Assembly (NCBI RefSeq): GCF_003555545.1
Contig: NZ_CP032157.1
Coordinates: 188,546-252,545 of the forward strand
Reading direction: 5' to 3'
Source: Paraflavitalea soli
GTDB taxonomy: Bacteria; Bacteroidota; Bacteroidia; Chitinophagales; Chitinophagaceae
DNA length: 64,000 nt
Positions 8,658 through 17,748 of the stretch are shown piece after piece; within the stretch, counting starts at the first letter, position 1, and every line of letters starts with the position of its first letter. Both the position numbers and the translations under genes were made by a program. The notes beneath the pieces are model-generated. The model ran no database searches. It was given only the letters and a program-made list of their open reading frames with translations, and was not told the DNA's origin.

Positions 8658-10736
8658 TTAGTTTGAAGCCTGGTTGCCGGCAGCAGCCGCTTTTGTTTTG
8701 TTGATCAATGCTTCGATCTCCTCCAGTATGCCCAGCTGCTGACAGGTTTCCCTGAAATAGGCATAATTGGCAGGCTGGTTATTTTGTTCGGCCAGCGACA
8801 CGGCATCGGCCAGCCACGACATATAAGTAGCCTTGGGGGCATTGGTGTATTGGAAGCAAAACAAACCAACCAGGTAGCAGCACTCCGGTTCAAATACATT
8901 GATCTTGTCTACCACATAGGCGTTGATCTTAGGTTCGATATCCAGGAAGATATCCAGCAGCTGTTGCTTGTTGGTGTCAGGCTGTTCAAAGCCGAGCATC
9001 AGTACTTTTAAGTACTCAACGATCGTTTCTACATACTGCGGTATCCTTTTCAGCTCCCAATAGTTTTTCTCAGCGATGCCCACTTGTGTAAAGGCAGTGG
9101 CGAAGTCGTTTTCTTTCCTGGCCAATATGGATTGCGCCAAAGCAGATAAAGCCAGCAAATGCGGCTCATGGTATTTCTCTGCCAGCGCTTTTGCCCGCAT
9201 CACATCTTCCCGCGCGGAAGTCAGTGCTTCGGGGTGATTGATCCTTAATTTAAACATGGCTCTCCGGCTCAGCAATTGCGACAGGCGCGGCTCATCAAAA
9301 TCAGCTTCCATTTCCTGGATGGCATGGTGCAGGAATTGAATGGCTTCCATATCCTGCTGTACCAGTGCATGAAAGGAATAATAATACAGTATATCGGCCA
9401 ACTCAGCAGGCGAGGGGTCCCTCCTGAAATAAGGGGACAACTTTTTTGGGAAGTCTTCAAACAAACCCGTGATGGCGAAATACGTTTGCGCCAGCCCGAT
9501 CAGGGCAGGCGTTTCCGGTGAGGTGTTGGCAGTATGCTTCAGGTTCATCCTGGCCGGGTTGGTAAACAGGTCTTCCATACCTGGTGGCGGCGGTCCCACT
9601 TCTGCCTGTTCAATATGAACACCTACATTGGCGGCCCTTTCTATCCTGTCCTGAAAATTGAATACATAAGAACGGCCATGGTTCAGCAGGAACCTCGACA
9701 AGGCTTCTCCTTCATAATCGGATTGGTAACGCTCACGCCAGGCCTTGTCATAAATAAACCGTGCGGTCACTTCATCACCATAAGATTCTGCCAGTGCTGT
9801 CAGCATATTGATCGCATCCATGGGTTCCAGCAAAGCGCTCTTTTCCCGCAGCCTGTCGGCAAGCGGTGTATTCACCTGTTCTGCTGCTGCAAATGGTGTA
9901 AAGCCGATGCGGGCTGCCTGTACCAGCTCGCCCAGCAACTGCGCCGGATCATATTCAACCGCCTGTGCTTTCTTTCCATAATAGCCGATCACTTCGTTCA
10001 TACTTGCCCGCACCTTGCTGCCCGGCATATAGGTATAGGTAAATCCTTTGGCTGCAGGCGCTGCATCCTGCAATCCCAGGTAGTTGCGGTTATCGTCGAA
10101 GTCCTGACCCGAGAAACCACAGAAAATAAAATGATGCAGCTCCAATAGCTGGAACAGCGCATCCTGTAATGCTTTGGCCCTGCCTTTCAGTCTTTGTTTG
10201 CGGGTATCCACCATCGAGGCGGGTGAAGAACAGGACCCATGTATCTTGATGATGGGGATGCCGTTGGAGGATGCCTGGCTGGCCAGCCTGTTGAAGCCAG
10301 CTTCGTCATAAAAAGCTTCGAAGGGAATGTCGTAAGCCGCAAAAGCCCGTTCAAAGTTCTGGTCGAAATTGGTGGTCACTACCGCTTTGAGGAGCCCTGC
10401 TTTGGCAAGGCCGGCAGTATAGTATTGCACCGCATTGTAAGTATCCGTATCTACTGCGCTCAACAGTTCAAAATACCGGATGCCGGCTCTTTCTACCATA
10501 CGTTGCGCCTGGTAATCGGGCGGGAAGGTATTCTCCGCACGTTTTTGCCGGATGGCGGTGAGCAGTTGGTCGCGAAAGCGCGTCCTGATGCCAAATTGCT
10601 CCATCCGGTCCCACAGGGTGTCCAGGATGGCATCATTGAGTTGGTTCCAGCCTGGCAAAGAGGAGGGAGGGGCCATAGAGCAGCCTGCACCGGCAAATAT
10701 CACTACACCTTCCTGTAGTCCGGGAATGTTGATCAT
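8658..10736 (-). CDS. SIR2_2-family (DHS-like NAD/FAD-binding, Thoeris-ThsA/DSR2-type SIR2) protein with ~430-aa all-helical C-terminal domain
   Basis: 692 aa. N-terminal motifs 'FAGAGCS' (res 14-20), 'TTNFD' (121-125), 'KIHGS' (164-168), the arrangement of SIR2_2 NADase domains. C-terminal region is helical/repeat-like with no SLOG, TIR or ATPase motifs. Confidence 0.85.
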   Translation of the reverse strand: MINIPGLQEGVVIFAGAGCSMAPPSSLPGWNQLNDAILDTLWDRMEQFGIRTRFRDQLLTAIRQKRAENTFPPDYQAQRMVERAGIRYFELLSAVDTDTYNAVQYYTAGLAKAGLLKAVVTTNFDQNFERAFAAYDIPFEAFYDEAGFNRLASQASSNGIPIIKIHGSCSSPASMVDTRKQRLKGRAKALQDALFQLLELHHFIFCGFSGQDFDDNRNYLGLQDAAPAAKGFTYTYMPGSKVRASMNEVIGYYGKKAQAVEYDPAQLLGELVQAARIGFTPFAAAEQVNTPLADRLREKSALLEPMDAINMLTALAESYGDEVTARFIYDKAWRERYQSDYEGEALSRFLLNHGRSYVFNFQDRIERAANVGVHIEQAEVGPPPPGMEDLFTNPARMNLKHTANTSPETPALIGLAQTYFAITGLFEDFPKKLSPYFRRDPSPAELADILYYYSFHALVQQDMEAIQFLHHAIQEMEADFDEPRLSQLLSRRAMFKLRINHPEALTSAREDVMRAKALAEKYHEPHLLALSALAQSILARKENDFATAFTQVGIAEKNYWELKRIPQYVETIVEYLKVLMLGFEQPDTNKQQLLDIFLDIEPKINAYVVDKINVFEPECCYLVGLFCFQYTNAPKATYMSWLADAVSLAEQNNQPANYAYFRETCQQLGILEEIEALINKTKAAAAGNQASN

Positions 10737-10901
10737 AGTAGTTGTTGTGTAAGGTGAAGATAACGGGTAGCGGCTATATTTTACATTTTATTGCATTCTT
10801 CAATCGACTGTTGCAGCCCTTCTTCAGGTCCAGGAAGGTGATATCAGGCTTACTGATCGCATCATTATACAGTTATAATGGTTTAGGTGGTTGCTGTGGA
10901 G

Positions 10902-11059
10902 GTACGCACGGGTAAGGTTATGATAAAGGTAGCTCCTTTATTGATTGCGCCCGTCGCCGTAATAGTGCCCTGGTGCCGTTCTGCTATTTTCCGGCAAAGC
11001 GACAGCCCAAGTCCCGTGCCTTCGTAGTGCGTGGCAGGGTTCAGCCGGGCAGCAGTGCC
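10902..11059 (-). pseudogene. remnant of histidine-kinase HATPase_c C-terminus (G2 box onward only)
   Basis: Minus-strand translation: 'GTAARLNPATHYEGTGLGLSLCRKIAERHQGTITATGAINKGATFIITLPVRTSTATT*'. It is preceded by an in-frame stop and lacks the H-box, N and G1 boxes; only ~52 codons. Confidence 0.65.
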
Positions 11060-11189
11060 TTACCATCCTGCAAACGGAGATAACAGGAAAAAGGAAAATC
11101 GTAAGGATTTTTCTGTAAGGTGGAGATGATAGTGGAGGCAACAGGGGCATTGGGGGAAGACGCTGAATATACCTGCTTTTTGCTGCCCC

Positions 11190-12641
11190 TTATTCCACGG
11201 TCACCTCTTTCAGCGGCGATACCAGCTTTTTATATGGATTGGTCAAAAACATCTTAGCAAAGTCAACTCCTTTCATGCCCAGTCTGGCGCCATGACCATT
11301 GTTGTGCACCGTGATCAGTTGTGCATGGGGCATAGTGCGTTTGATGAGCCGGTTGTAAAAAGGCCGGCACCAGGGGTCTGCATCCCCGCCTGCTATCAGT
11401 GCCGGCACGTTGGAATAGACCGGTGTCTTCACGATAGCCGGTTCCGGTTTTACCTGCCAGCAGGTGCAAATAGCATGATCCACATTGTTGAAGGGATGCC
11501 CCGCCAGCCAGGGTAATACTTCGTCCTGTTGTTTGATGAGTGCTTTGTCTGCATAGGCAATTTGTTCCGAACAATAAATGCTGTACCGCATGCCGGCCGA
11601 CAAAGCCTGGTTACCCCGAAATACACCATCTACTTGTTCCCTTACATACTGTGCATGGTTGCCATTGATGATGTTAGTCATCACAAAGGGTACTGTTTTC
11701 AACTGGCCCGTGTTGAGCCGGTCGATCACTGCATCTGTCAATTCATCTTTAGTATACCGGATGGTGAAACTATCCCGCTTGCCTGGTTCAGCATAGCGCA
11801 GGCTGAATTTTTTGCCTGCCAGTGAAGTGAAATATTGGTGGAACCGTTCTCTTAGACCGGCATACCGGGCATCATGCGTGGAGTCGGCTTCGCAATTGTC
11901 AAACACCTGGTTCAACGCTTCATTGAAATTGAACAAAGCATGCTCTTCATAATTCACATAGCCGGGCAGGGGAGAGTTGAGTATTAATGCTTTTACTGCT
12001 TCCGGGTGGTTCCTGGCTACGGTGAGCATCAGTCCACCGCTGTAAGAGATGCCTAACAAGGTGAGCGAGTCGAGCTGTAATGCCCGGCGCAGGTCATTGA
12101 TATCCGCCGCGCTTTCAATGGTATTGTAGGCAGAAAGATCGATGCCTTGTGCTGCCAGCCGTTGGCGGCATTGTTTCACAGCGATCAGTTCCAGGCTGTC
12201 CTTTGATAAGTTTTCCCTATAGGCGTGTTTGGCGGATTCGCCTACTTCCGGGCAGTCGAGGCAGGGGTGTGATCTTTTGGTGCCCCGCTGATCAAAGGCG
12301 ATGAACCCGCCAAATTGAAAGAAGTCGGAGTTGTAACGCAGGCTATCGAAATTGGCGATCGTGCTGTAACCGGGACCACCCGTGGTGTTCAGGATTACGT
12401 TTCTGATCGAGTCCATGCCTGGTTGCCGTACATATACAAAGGGTATTTTGATCGTGCGGCCCTGGGGTTTTTGGCGGTTCTCCGGTACTACCAGGTAACC
12501 GCAGCGGGCTATTAGGCCATTGGCTATTTTGATCTGGCAAGCCCCGGTTTCGATTTTAGGTGTATAGCCCTGGGAGAATATCCGGGCACTGCTCATACAG
12601 AGCATGCATACGATCAGGAAGGCAGATTTCATGGCGTTCAC
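11190..12641 (-). CDS. secreted alpha/beta-hydrolase (S33 tripeptidyl/prolyl aminopeptidase-like)
   Basis: Signal peptide MNAMKSAFLIVCMLCMSSARIFSQ; nucleophile elbow 'GISYSGG'. 483 aa. Confidence 0.85.
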   Translation of the reverse strand: MNAMKSAFLIVCMLCMSSARIFSQGYTPKIETGACQIKIANGLIARCGYLVVPENRQKPQGRTIKIPFVYVRQPGMDSIRNVILNTTGGPGYSTIANFDSLRYNSDFFQFGGFIAFDQRGTKRSHPCLDCPEVGESAKHAYRENLSKDSLELIAVKQCRQRLAAQGIDLSAYNTIESAADINDLRRALQLDSLTLLGISYSGGLMLTVARNHPEAVKALILNSPLPGYVNYEEHALFNFNEALNQVFDNCEADSTHDARYAGLRERFHQYFTSLAGKKFSLRYAEPGKRDSFTIRYTKDELTDAVIDRLNTGQLKTVPFVMTNIINGNHAQYVREQVDGVFRGNQALSAGMRYSIYCSEQIAYADKALIKQQDEVLPWLAGHPFNNVDHAICTCWQVKPEPAIVKTPVYSNVPALIAGGDADPWCRPFYNRLIKRTMPHAQLITVHNNGHGARLGMKGVDFAKMFLTNPYKKLVSPLKEVTVE

Positions 12642-12693
12642 TTTTGTGCAAATTAAGCCGCAACGGAAAAGGAGAGAAGGTAAAAATCGGACA

Positions 12694-13500
12694 TTATTCC
12701 TGCGTACTCAACCTCCGTCCCGTAAACTTCACCACATCTTTGTAAAAATGACTGAGGTCGTAGTAGCCATACATCAAGTGATCAAAACCATCTTTATGGC
12801 TAATGTAATCCGTAAGGGCTGTACGTGCGCGCAGCGTGGCAAAGAAGTTTTTGGGATTGGTGCCAATGGCCTGCATGAAATAGCGATACATTGTTTTCTC
12901 TGTGAGATGTTGCCGGTTGGCCAGCTCCTGGTTGTTGAGCTGCATACCCGATGCGCAAAAGGTTTGGATCACCTGTTGCACCGATTGCAGGTAATGCACC
13001 TGTGCTTTGGTGGCCGCCAGTTTATCGAGGAGGAATTGTTCGAGAAAAGACAGGCGGCTATCAAAGTTATTGAGTCTTTTCAGTTTCCGGAGTATGGTGG
13101 CGGGGATGATCTCGTTCACATTGACCACATCATGACCAATCCTGGTTTGAGCTATGCCGAATACCGCTTCAAAACCGCCGGGATTGAATTTGACCGTGAA
13201 AATATTGTCCGTGGGCAGGTTGCGCCGTTCCACAATATCACTGCGCAGCAGCAATATGTCTGTGTGCTCATCTACGAGATGCAATTGCTGGCCATTTCTG
13301 AGTTGATAAGGCGTGCCCAGGTTGAGCCAGATGGTAGGCGTGAAACTGGGAAACATTTTTACCGTAAAGGGTGCTTCGCCTACATGGTGGCGCATGGCTT
13401 CGGGGGAAGTCTCCGAATAGAATTCAATATAGGCCGCCAGCGCCGGACAGGGCGCGCTGAACTGGTACAGCTTACGGATATTATCGAAGATTTCTACCAT
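12694..13500 (-). CDS. AraC-family transcriptional regulator
   Basis: C-terminal HTH_18-type region 'LANRQHLTEKTMYRYFMQAIGTNPKNFFATLRARTAL...LMYGYYDLSHFYKDVVKFTG'. Located immediately upstream of the hydrolase. Confidence 0.85.
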   Translation of the reverse strand: MVEIFDNIRKLYQFSAPCPALAAYIEFYSETSPEAMRHHVGEAPFTVKMFPSFTPTIWLNLGTPYQLRNGQQLHLVDEHTDILLLRSDIVERRNLPTDNIFTVKFNPGGFEAVFGIAQTRIGHDVVNVNEIIPATILRKLKRLNNFDSRLSFLEQFLLDKLAATKAQVHYLQSVQQVIQTFCASGMQLNNQELANRQHLTEKTMYRYFMQAIGTNPKNFFATLRARTALTDYISHKDGFDHLMYGYYDLSHFYKDVVKFTGRRLSTQE

Positions 13501-13511
13501 ACAGTAAAGAC

Positions 13512-13996
13512 GTGTGTAAAATACAAAATGTTACACCAACCATTGTATTGATTAACTTAATAGCCTATAAAACACAACCAGTCACGGAGCAGCCCAATGC
13601 AACAAAGCTATTCCAGGCACTCAGGCAAAGAGGCATTTTGGTGGTGATGAATACCGGTTACGACAGGCATACGGGAGAAACGCTTGTTAAGAAGATAGGC
13701 TGGCAGGTAGGCATTGATTACGATGGCCTGGTAACCGCTTCCGATGTAAAAGCCAACAGGCCCAATCCCGGTATGATCCTCTGGCCATGCAGCAGCATGG
13801 CATCACCGATGCACAGGAGGTTGTAAAAGTAGGCGATTCCATTATTGATATCGAAGAAGGCCGCAATGCCGGCTGCAGGTTCAGCATAGGTATCACTACC
13901 GGTGCTCATACACGCAGCCAGCTTCAATCCGCCAGGCCTGATCATATCCTGGGGGACCTGATGGAATTGTTGCCCGTGATCGAAGGAACCATTTAA
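13512..13996 (+). pseudogene. HAD-superfamily hydrolase (phosphonoacetaldehyde-hydrolase/PhnX-like) pseudogene: 5'-truncated and frameshifted
   Basis: Two overlapping frames (13512..13826 and 13787..13996) carry HAD motif II-IV segments ('ALRQRGILVVMNTGY...DYDGLVTASDVKANRPNPGMI' then 'VVKVGDSIIDIEEGRNAGC..SIGITTG'). There is no N-terminal DxD nucleophile motif. Confidence 0.7.
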
Positions 13997-14102
13997 AACT
14001 AATTTTTGACCAAATGTCGAAACAAATTCCAAGTTATATGGCAAAAAATAATAATGATTGTTTCACCTAAATAATGTACTTATGCTCCCGAAAATTCATT
14101 AG

Positions 14103-14654
14103 ATGACAAACTCGGGAAATATTTACGAATTCGAAGAATATAAGAGAGAACCAGGAGGCACAAGGTATTATTTTCTAAGCGAAGGGGAAAAGCAAATCGT
14201 GAAAGCTGTTCAGTATGCGTATATTGGCCTTAAAGAAGGAAGGTTAACTTATAATTTGGGATTTGGATCATTCGATTCCACGAAAGGTACAGTGCATGAT
14301 GATGATATTTCAGATAACGGTGATCAATACAAGGTATTCAACACGGTATTAAGTACAGTCCCGGATTTTTTGCAGAATTATCCAGGGGCTATGGTAATGG
14401 TGCAAGGCAGTGACAGTGCTATTGGATATCCTGATATGTGTCGGGTTACTTGCAAAAAGAAATGTATTCCGCCAGCTTGTAAAAATGCGAATCGACGTAT
14501 CAATATCTACAAAAGCTATGTTAACAAGAATTTTGCTCAACTATCTGTAGATTATAAGTTCTGGGGAGGGGTTAAAGAAGCTGATTATCACAACGTTGTA
14601 GAAGAGTATCAAATAAATAACAATTATGATTCTGTTTTTTTTATTAAGAAATAA
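14103..14654 (+). CDS. hypothetical protein in AT-rich islet (183 aa, Cys-rich C-terminal half)
   Basis: ORF in a ~35% GC segment bounded by ~55% GC flanks; no signal peptide; no recognisable domain. Confidence 0.5.
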   Translation: MTNSGNIYEFEEYKREPGGTRYYFLSEGEKQIVKAVQYAYIGLKEGRLTYNLGFGSFDSTKGTVHDDDISDNGDQYKVFNTVLSTVPDFLQNYPGAMVMVQGSDSAIGYPDMCRVTCKKKCIPPACKNANRRINIYKSYVNKNFAQLSVDYKFWGGVKEADYHNVVEEYQINNNYDSVFFIKK

Positions 14655-14672
14655 AATTTAATTTTACATCAT

Positions 14673-14846
14673 ATGAAAGCAAATAAAACCACATCTAAAA
14701 AGTTAAATAAGGCCTCTGGTAAAGCCTTGTTAAATGAGGTGGCTACCAGGCTTTCAAATGAAGTATTATTTCGTGATAAGGTTGAGAAAGCGAAAGAATA
14801 TTTAAAGCAATCCACATTTCCTTCCCGAAAAAACTCATTGCAATAA
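14673..14846 (+). CDS. small Lys-rich hypothetical protein (57 aa), 18 nt downstream of previous gene
   Basis: ATG at 14673, stop TAA at 14844-14846 (MKANKTTSKKLNKASGKALLNEVATRLSNEV...). Below the ORF-track size cutoff; same AT-rich islet. Confidence 0.3.
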   Translation: MKANKTTSKKLNKASGKALLNEVATRLSNEVLFRDKVEKAKEYLKQSTFPSRKNSLQ

Positions 14847-14946
14847 AAGTAAAGCATTCGGTAGGATGCTTTTTTTTATATCTTATTTCAACTTCCGCCG
14901 CACTTCATAAATTTCTTTTCTGAGTAAGAGTTAGAAAATAGTATTC

Positions 14947-17640
14947 CTAATTTGATAAGGGACTTACCGTCAGAGTCCCCTTCAGCCGCACGTCCTTCGA
15001 CGAATTCCCGATCATGATCTGAAAGTCACCCGGCTCTATTACCCGCTGCATATCCTTGTTCAGCATTTGCAGCATATCGGGTGTAATGGAGAACATCACT
15101 TCCCTGCTTTCGCCCGCCTGCAGGTGGATACGCTGAAAGCCTTTTAGCTCCAGCACCGGGCGTGCTACAGAAGCCAGCAGGTCTTTCATGTACAGTTGCA
15201 CTACTTCGTCACCTGCACGCGTACCTGTATTGGTGATCGTACACCGCAGGGCTGTAGACCCCGAAGGCGTAATAATGGTATTATCCAATTGCAGTTTGCT
15301 GTATTCAAATGATGTATAGCTCAATCCATAACCAAAAGGAAACAATGGCTGTCCGCTGAGGTTATGATAGTCATCACCCCGGCCCGTAGGTTTGTGGTTG
15401 TACACCAATGGTAATTGCCCTTCATGCACCGGAAAGGTGATGGGCAGCCGGCCAGCCGGATTGTAATCACCGAATAATACATCCGCTACGGCATGACCGC
15501 CTTCTTCGCCCGGATACCACACCTCTACAATACCCGCTACCTGGTTGATCCAGCTGCTCATGGTGGTGGCGCTGCCACCTGTAAGCACCACTACTACCGG
15601 TTTGCCTGTGGCGGCCACCGCCTGTATCAATGCTTCCTGGTAACCGGGCAGGTTCAGCAAAGCCCTGTCCTGGAATTCTCCTTCATGAATGCCCACTGCG
15701 ATGATCGCCACATCTGCTTTTTGAGCAATAGCTACCGCCTCCCTGATCCGTTGTGCCCGGTCATTGGCCAGGCCAACCTGCCAGATCAATTTACAATGGG
15801 CCTGACCGGTGGTTTCGAAAAACTCTACCCGCAGCGCATATTGTTTTCCCTTCTCCAGGTACACCGGTTTGGTAATCGTTTGATACGTGCGTTTCGTCCA
15901 GTTATCGATAACCAACTTATTATTGACGTACAACCGGTAGCCATCATTGCCCTCCAGCCCGATCTGGCATTGACCCGTCTGCGGAGCAAGCAGCATACCT
16001 GTCCAGCGCACGGAGTAAAAGCCGGCGCCAATGGCCGGGTCAGGGCCATACAAGGTCCAGTGAAAATCAATGGTGGCATCCTTTCGCGTAAGGGCAGGGG
16101 CGCCGCTAAGTGTGGTGTTCGTAAAATATGCTCCCTGTAATCCTGCTTGCCCGTTGTGAGAAAGTTGTTGAGCAGGTATGCTTATATATTCCTGGTGACG
16201 GATGCCCGCGCCTGGCGCATACAACACTTTCAGGGCTTTGCCAGCCCTTCGTTGAAGGCCCTGGAGTATGCTCACTTTCTGGTTGCCTGGTCCGCTATAG
16301 CCACCCAGGCGGGCAGCCGTCGCTTCTTCTCCGATGAGGGCGATCGTCTTGACCGCAGGGGAGAGGGGTAACACTTTCTTTTCATTCTTCAATAATACGA
16401 TCGACTTCTGCGCCGCTTTCCGGGCCAGTGCTTTGTGTGCAGCAATGTCTATTGACCGGGCCACTGCTTTCTCATCCACATAAGGATGCTCAAATAATCC
16501 CAATTCAAATTTGGCGCGCAATACCCGGGCGACTGCTTCGTTCACCCGGTTGCTGTCTGCCCGGCCATCCAGGAAAGGAGGGATGAACAAAGTATGGTGA
16601 TCATAACTCGTTTGAAAGATCACATCCAGTCCATTGTTGATCGCATGCCTGCCTGCATCCGCATAATCCTTTGCCGTATTGTGCAATACGAGTTCGCCGC
16701 CTACTGCATTCGCATCCGAGATCACAAAACCATTGAAGCCCCATTCCTTTTTCAGCTTCTGTTGCAGCAGCCAGCTATTGGCAGAACAGGCCACGCCATC
16801 CAGTGAATTGTAGGCTGTCATCACCGAGCGGGAGCCGCCTCTTTCTATGCAGGCTTTAAAAGGTGGCAGGTAAATTTCTTCCAGCAGGCGTTCGTTATAG
16901 TGAATAGGGTAGCTGTCGCGCCCGCCATCGCCTACATTGGCCACAAAATGTTTGGGCGTAGTAATAATGCCTGTCTTTTCAAAGGAGCGCACAAAGGCCA
17001 CACCCATTTCCGATGCCAGGAAGGGATCTTCACCATAGGTTTCTTCTGTGCGGCCCCAGCGCACATCACTGGCAATATTGACTACCGGGGTTAATATCTG
17101 CCGGATGCCCCGTGCTTTTGTTTCCGCTGCAATGGCGACAGATACCTGCTGCATGAGCGTAGTATCCCAGGTAGCAGCGAGGGCAATGGCCTGCGGAAAA
17201 GCAGTAGCCCCGTCCCTCACCAGTCCATGCAGTGCTTCATCAAAAGCGATGATGGGAATGCCGAGGCGGCTACTGTCCACAAAGTATCGCTGTATCCGGT
17301 TGATCTTCGTGGCCAGTATCAACGCATTTTCGGTGGTCTTGTATTGGAGCAACTGGCCCCCTGCATCGCCTTGTGCGGTGGCGCTTACCTGGAAGCCAAA
17401 GATACCATGACGGTATTGCTGCGGAGCAGCTTTGTCAAGGTCGCCGGGGATCATGAACAACTGCCAGAATTTCTCTTCCGGTGTCATCCGGCCCAGCAGG
17501 TCTTTCACCCGCGCGTCAATAGACAGGCGTGCATCCTTATAAGGCGGTATTGTTTGTGCGGAAATGGGAAGGGGGGCGAATAAAGTAGAAAGGGCAAGGA
17601 ATAAAAAGAGAATGACCGGAAGCAGTTGATTCGTTCGCAT
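14947..17640 (-). CDS. glycoside hydrolase family 3 (beta-glucosidase/BglX-like) with PA14-like insertion, secreted
   Basis: 897 aa; signal peptide; 'GFNGFVISDANAVGG' GH3 nucleophile region, 'KHFVANVGDGGRDSYP' motif, C-terminal fibronectin-like/PA14 features. Confidence 0.9.
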   Translation of the reverse strand: MRTNQLLPVILFLFLALSTLFAPLPISAQTIPPYKDARLSIDARVKDLLGRMTPEEKFWQLFMIPGDLDKAAPQQYRHGIFGFQVSATAQGDAGGQLLQYKTTENALILATKINRIQRYFVDSSRLGIPIIAFDEALHGLVRDGATAFPQAIALAATWDTTLMQQVSVAIAAETKARGIRQILTPVVNIASDVRWGRTEETYGEDPFLASEMGVAFVRSFEKTGIITTPKHFVANVGDGGRDSYPIHYNERLLEEIYLPPFKACIERGGSRSVMTAYNSLDGVACSANSWLLQQKLKKEWGFNGFVISDANAVGGELVLHNTAKDYADAGRHAINNGLDVIFQTSYDHHTLFIPPFLDGRADSNRVNEAVARVLRAKFELGLFEHPYVDEKAVARSIDIAAHKALARKAAQKSIVLLKNEKKVLPLSPAVKTIALIGEEATAARLGGYSGPGNQKVSILQGLQRRAGKALKVLYAPGAGIRHQEYISIPAQQLSHNGQAGLQGAYFTNTTLSGAPALTRKDATIDFHWTLYGPDPAIGAGFYSVRWTGMLLAPQTGQCQIGLEGNDGYRLYVNNKLVIDNWTKRTYQTITKPVYLEKGKQYALRVEFFETTGQAHCKLIWQVGLANDRAQRIREAVAIAQKADVAIIAVGIHEGEFQDRALLNLPGYQEALIQAVAATGKPVVVVLTGGSATTMSSWINQVAGIVEVWYPGEEGGHAVADVLFGDYNPAGRLPITFPVHEGQLPLVYNHKPTGRGDDYHNLSGQPLFPFGYGLSYTSFEYSKLQLDNTIITPSGSTALRCTITNTGTRAGDEVVQLYMKDLLASVARPVLELKGFQRIHLQAGESREVMFSITPDMLQMLNKDMQRVIEPGDFQIMIGNSSKDVRLKGTLTVSPLSN

Positions 17641-17748
17641 AGCGTAAATAAATAGTGGCCGTTACAAATAATAGCCAAATATAACCTACTTACGCTCTAT
17701 TTACAGCTTGTCCCGCCTATGCGGGAATTCACGATTGCCGCCAGCCGA

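Noticed and set aside
8658-10736. Thoeris (ThsA/ThsB) or SIR2-HerA assignment for the SIR2-like gene
   Set aside because: No TIR-domain (ThsB) or HerA ATPase gene within 10 kb on either side, and the C-terminal domain is not SLOG-like. Kept only as a candidate standalone SIR2 system.
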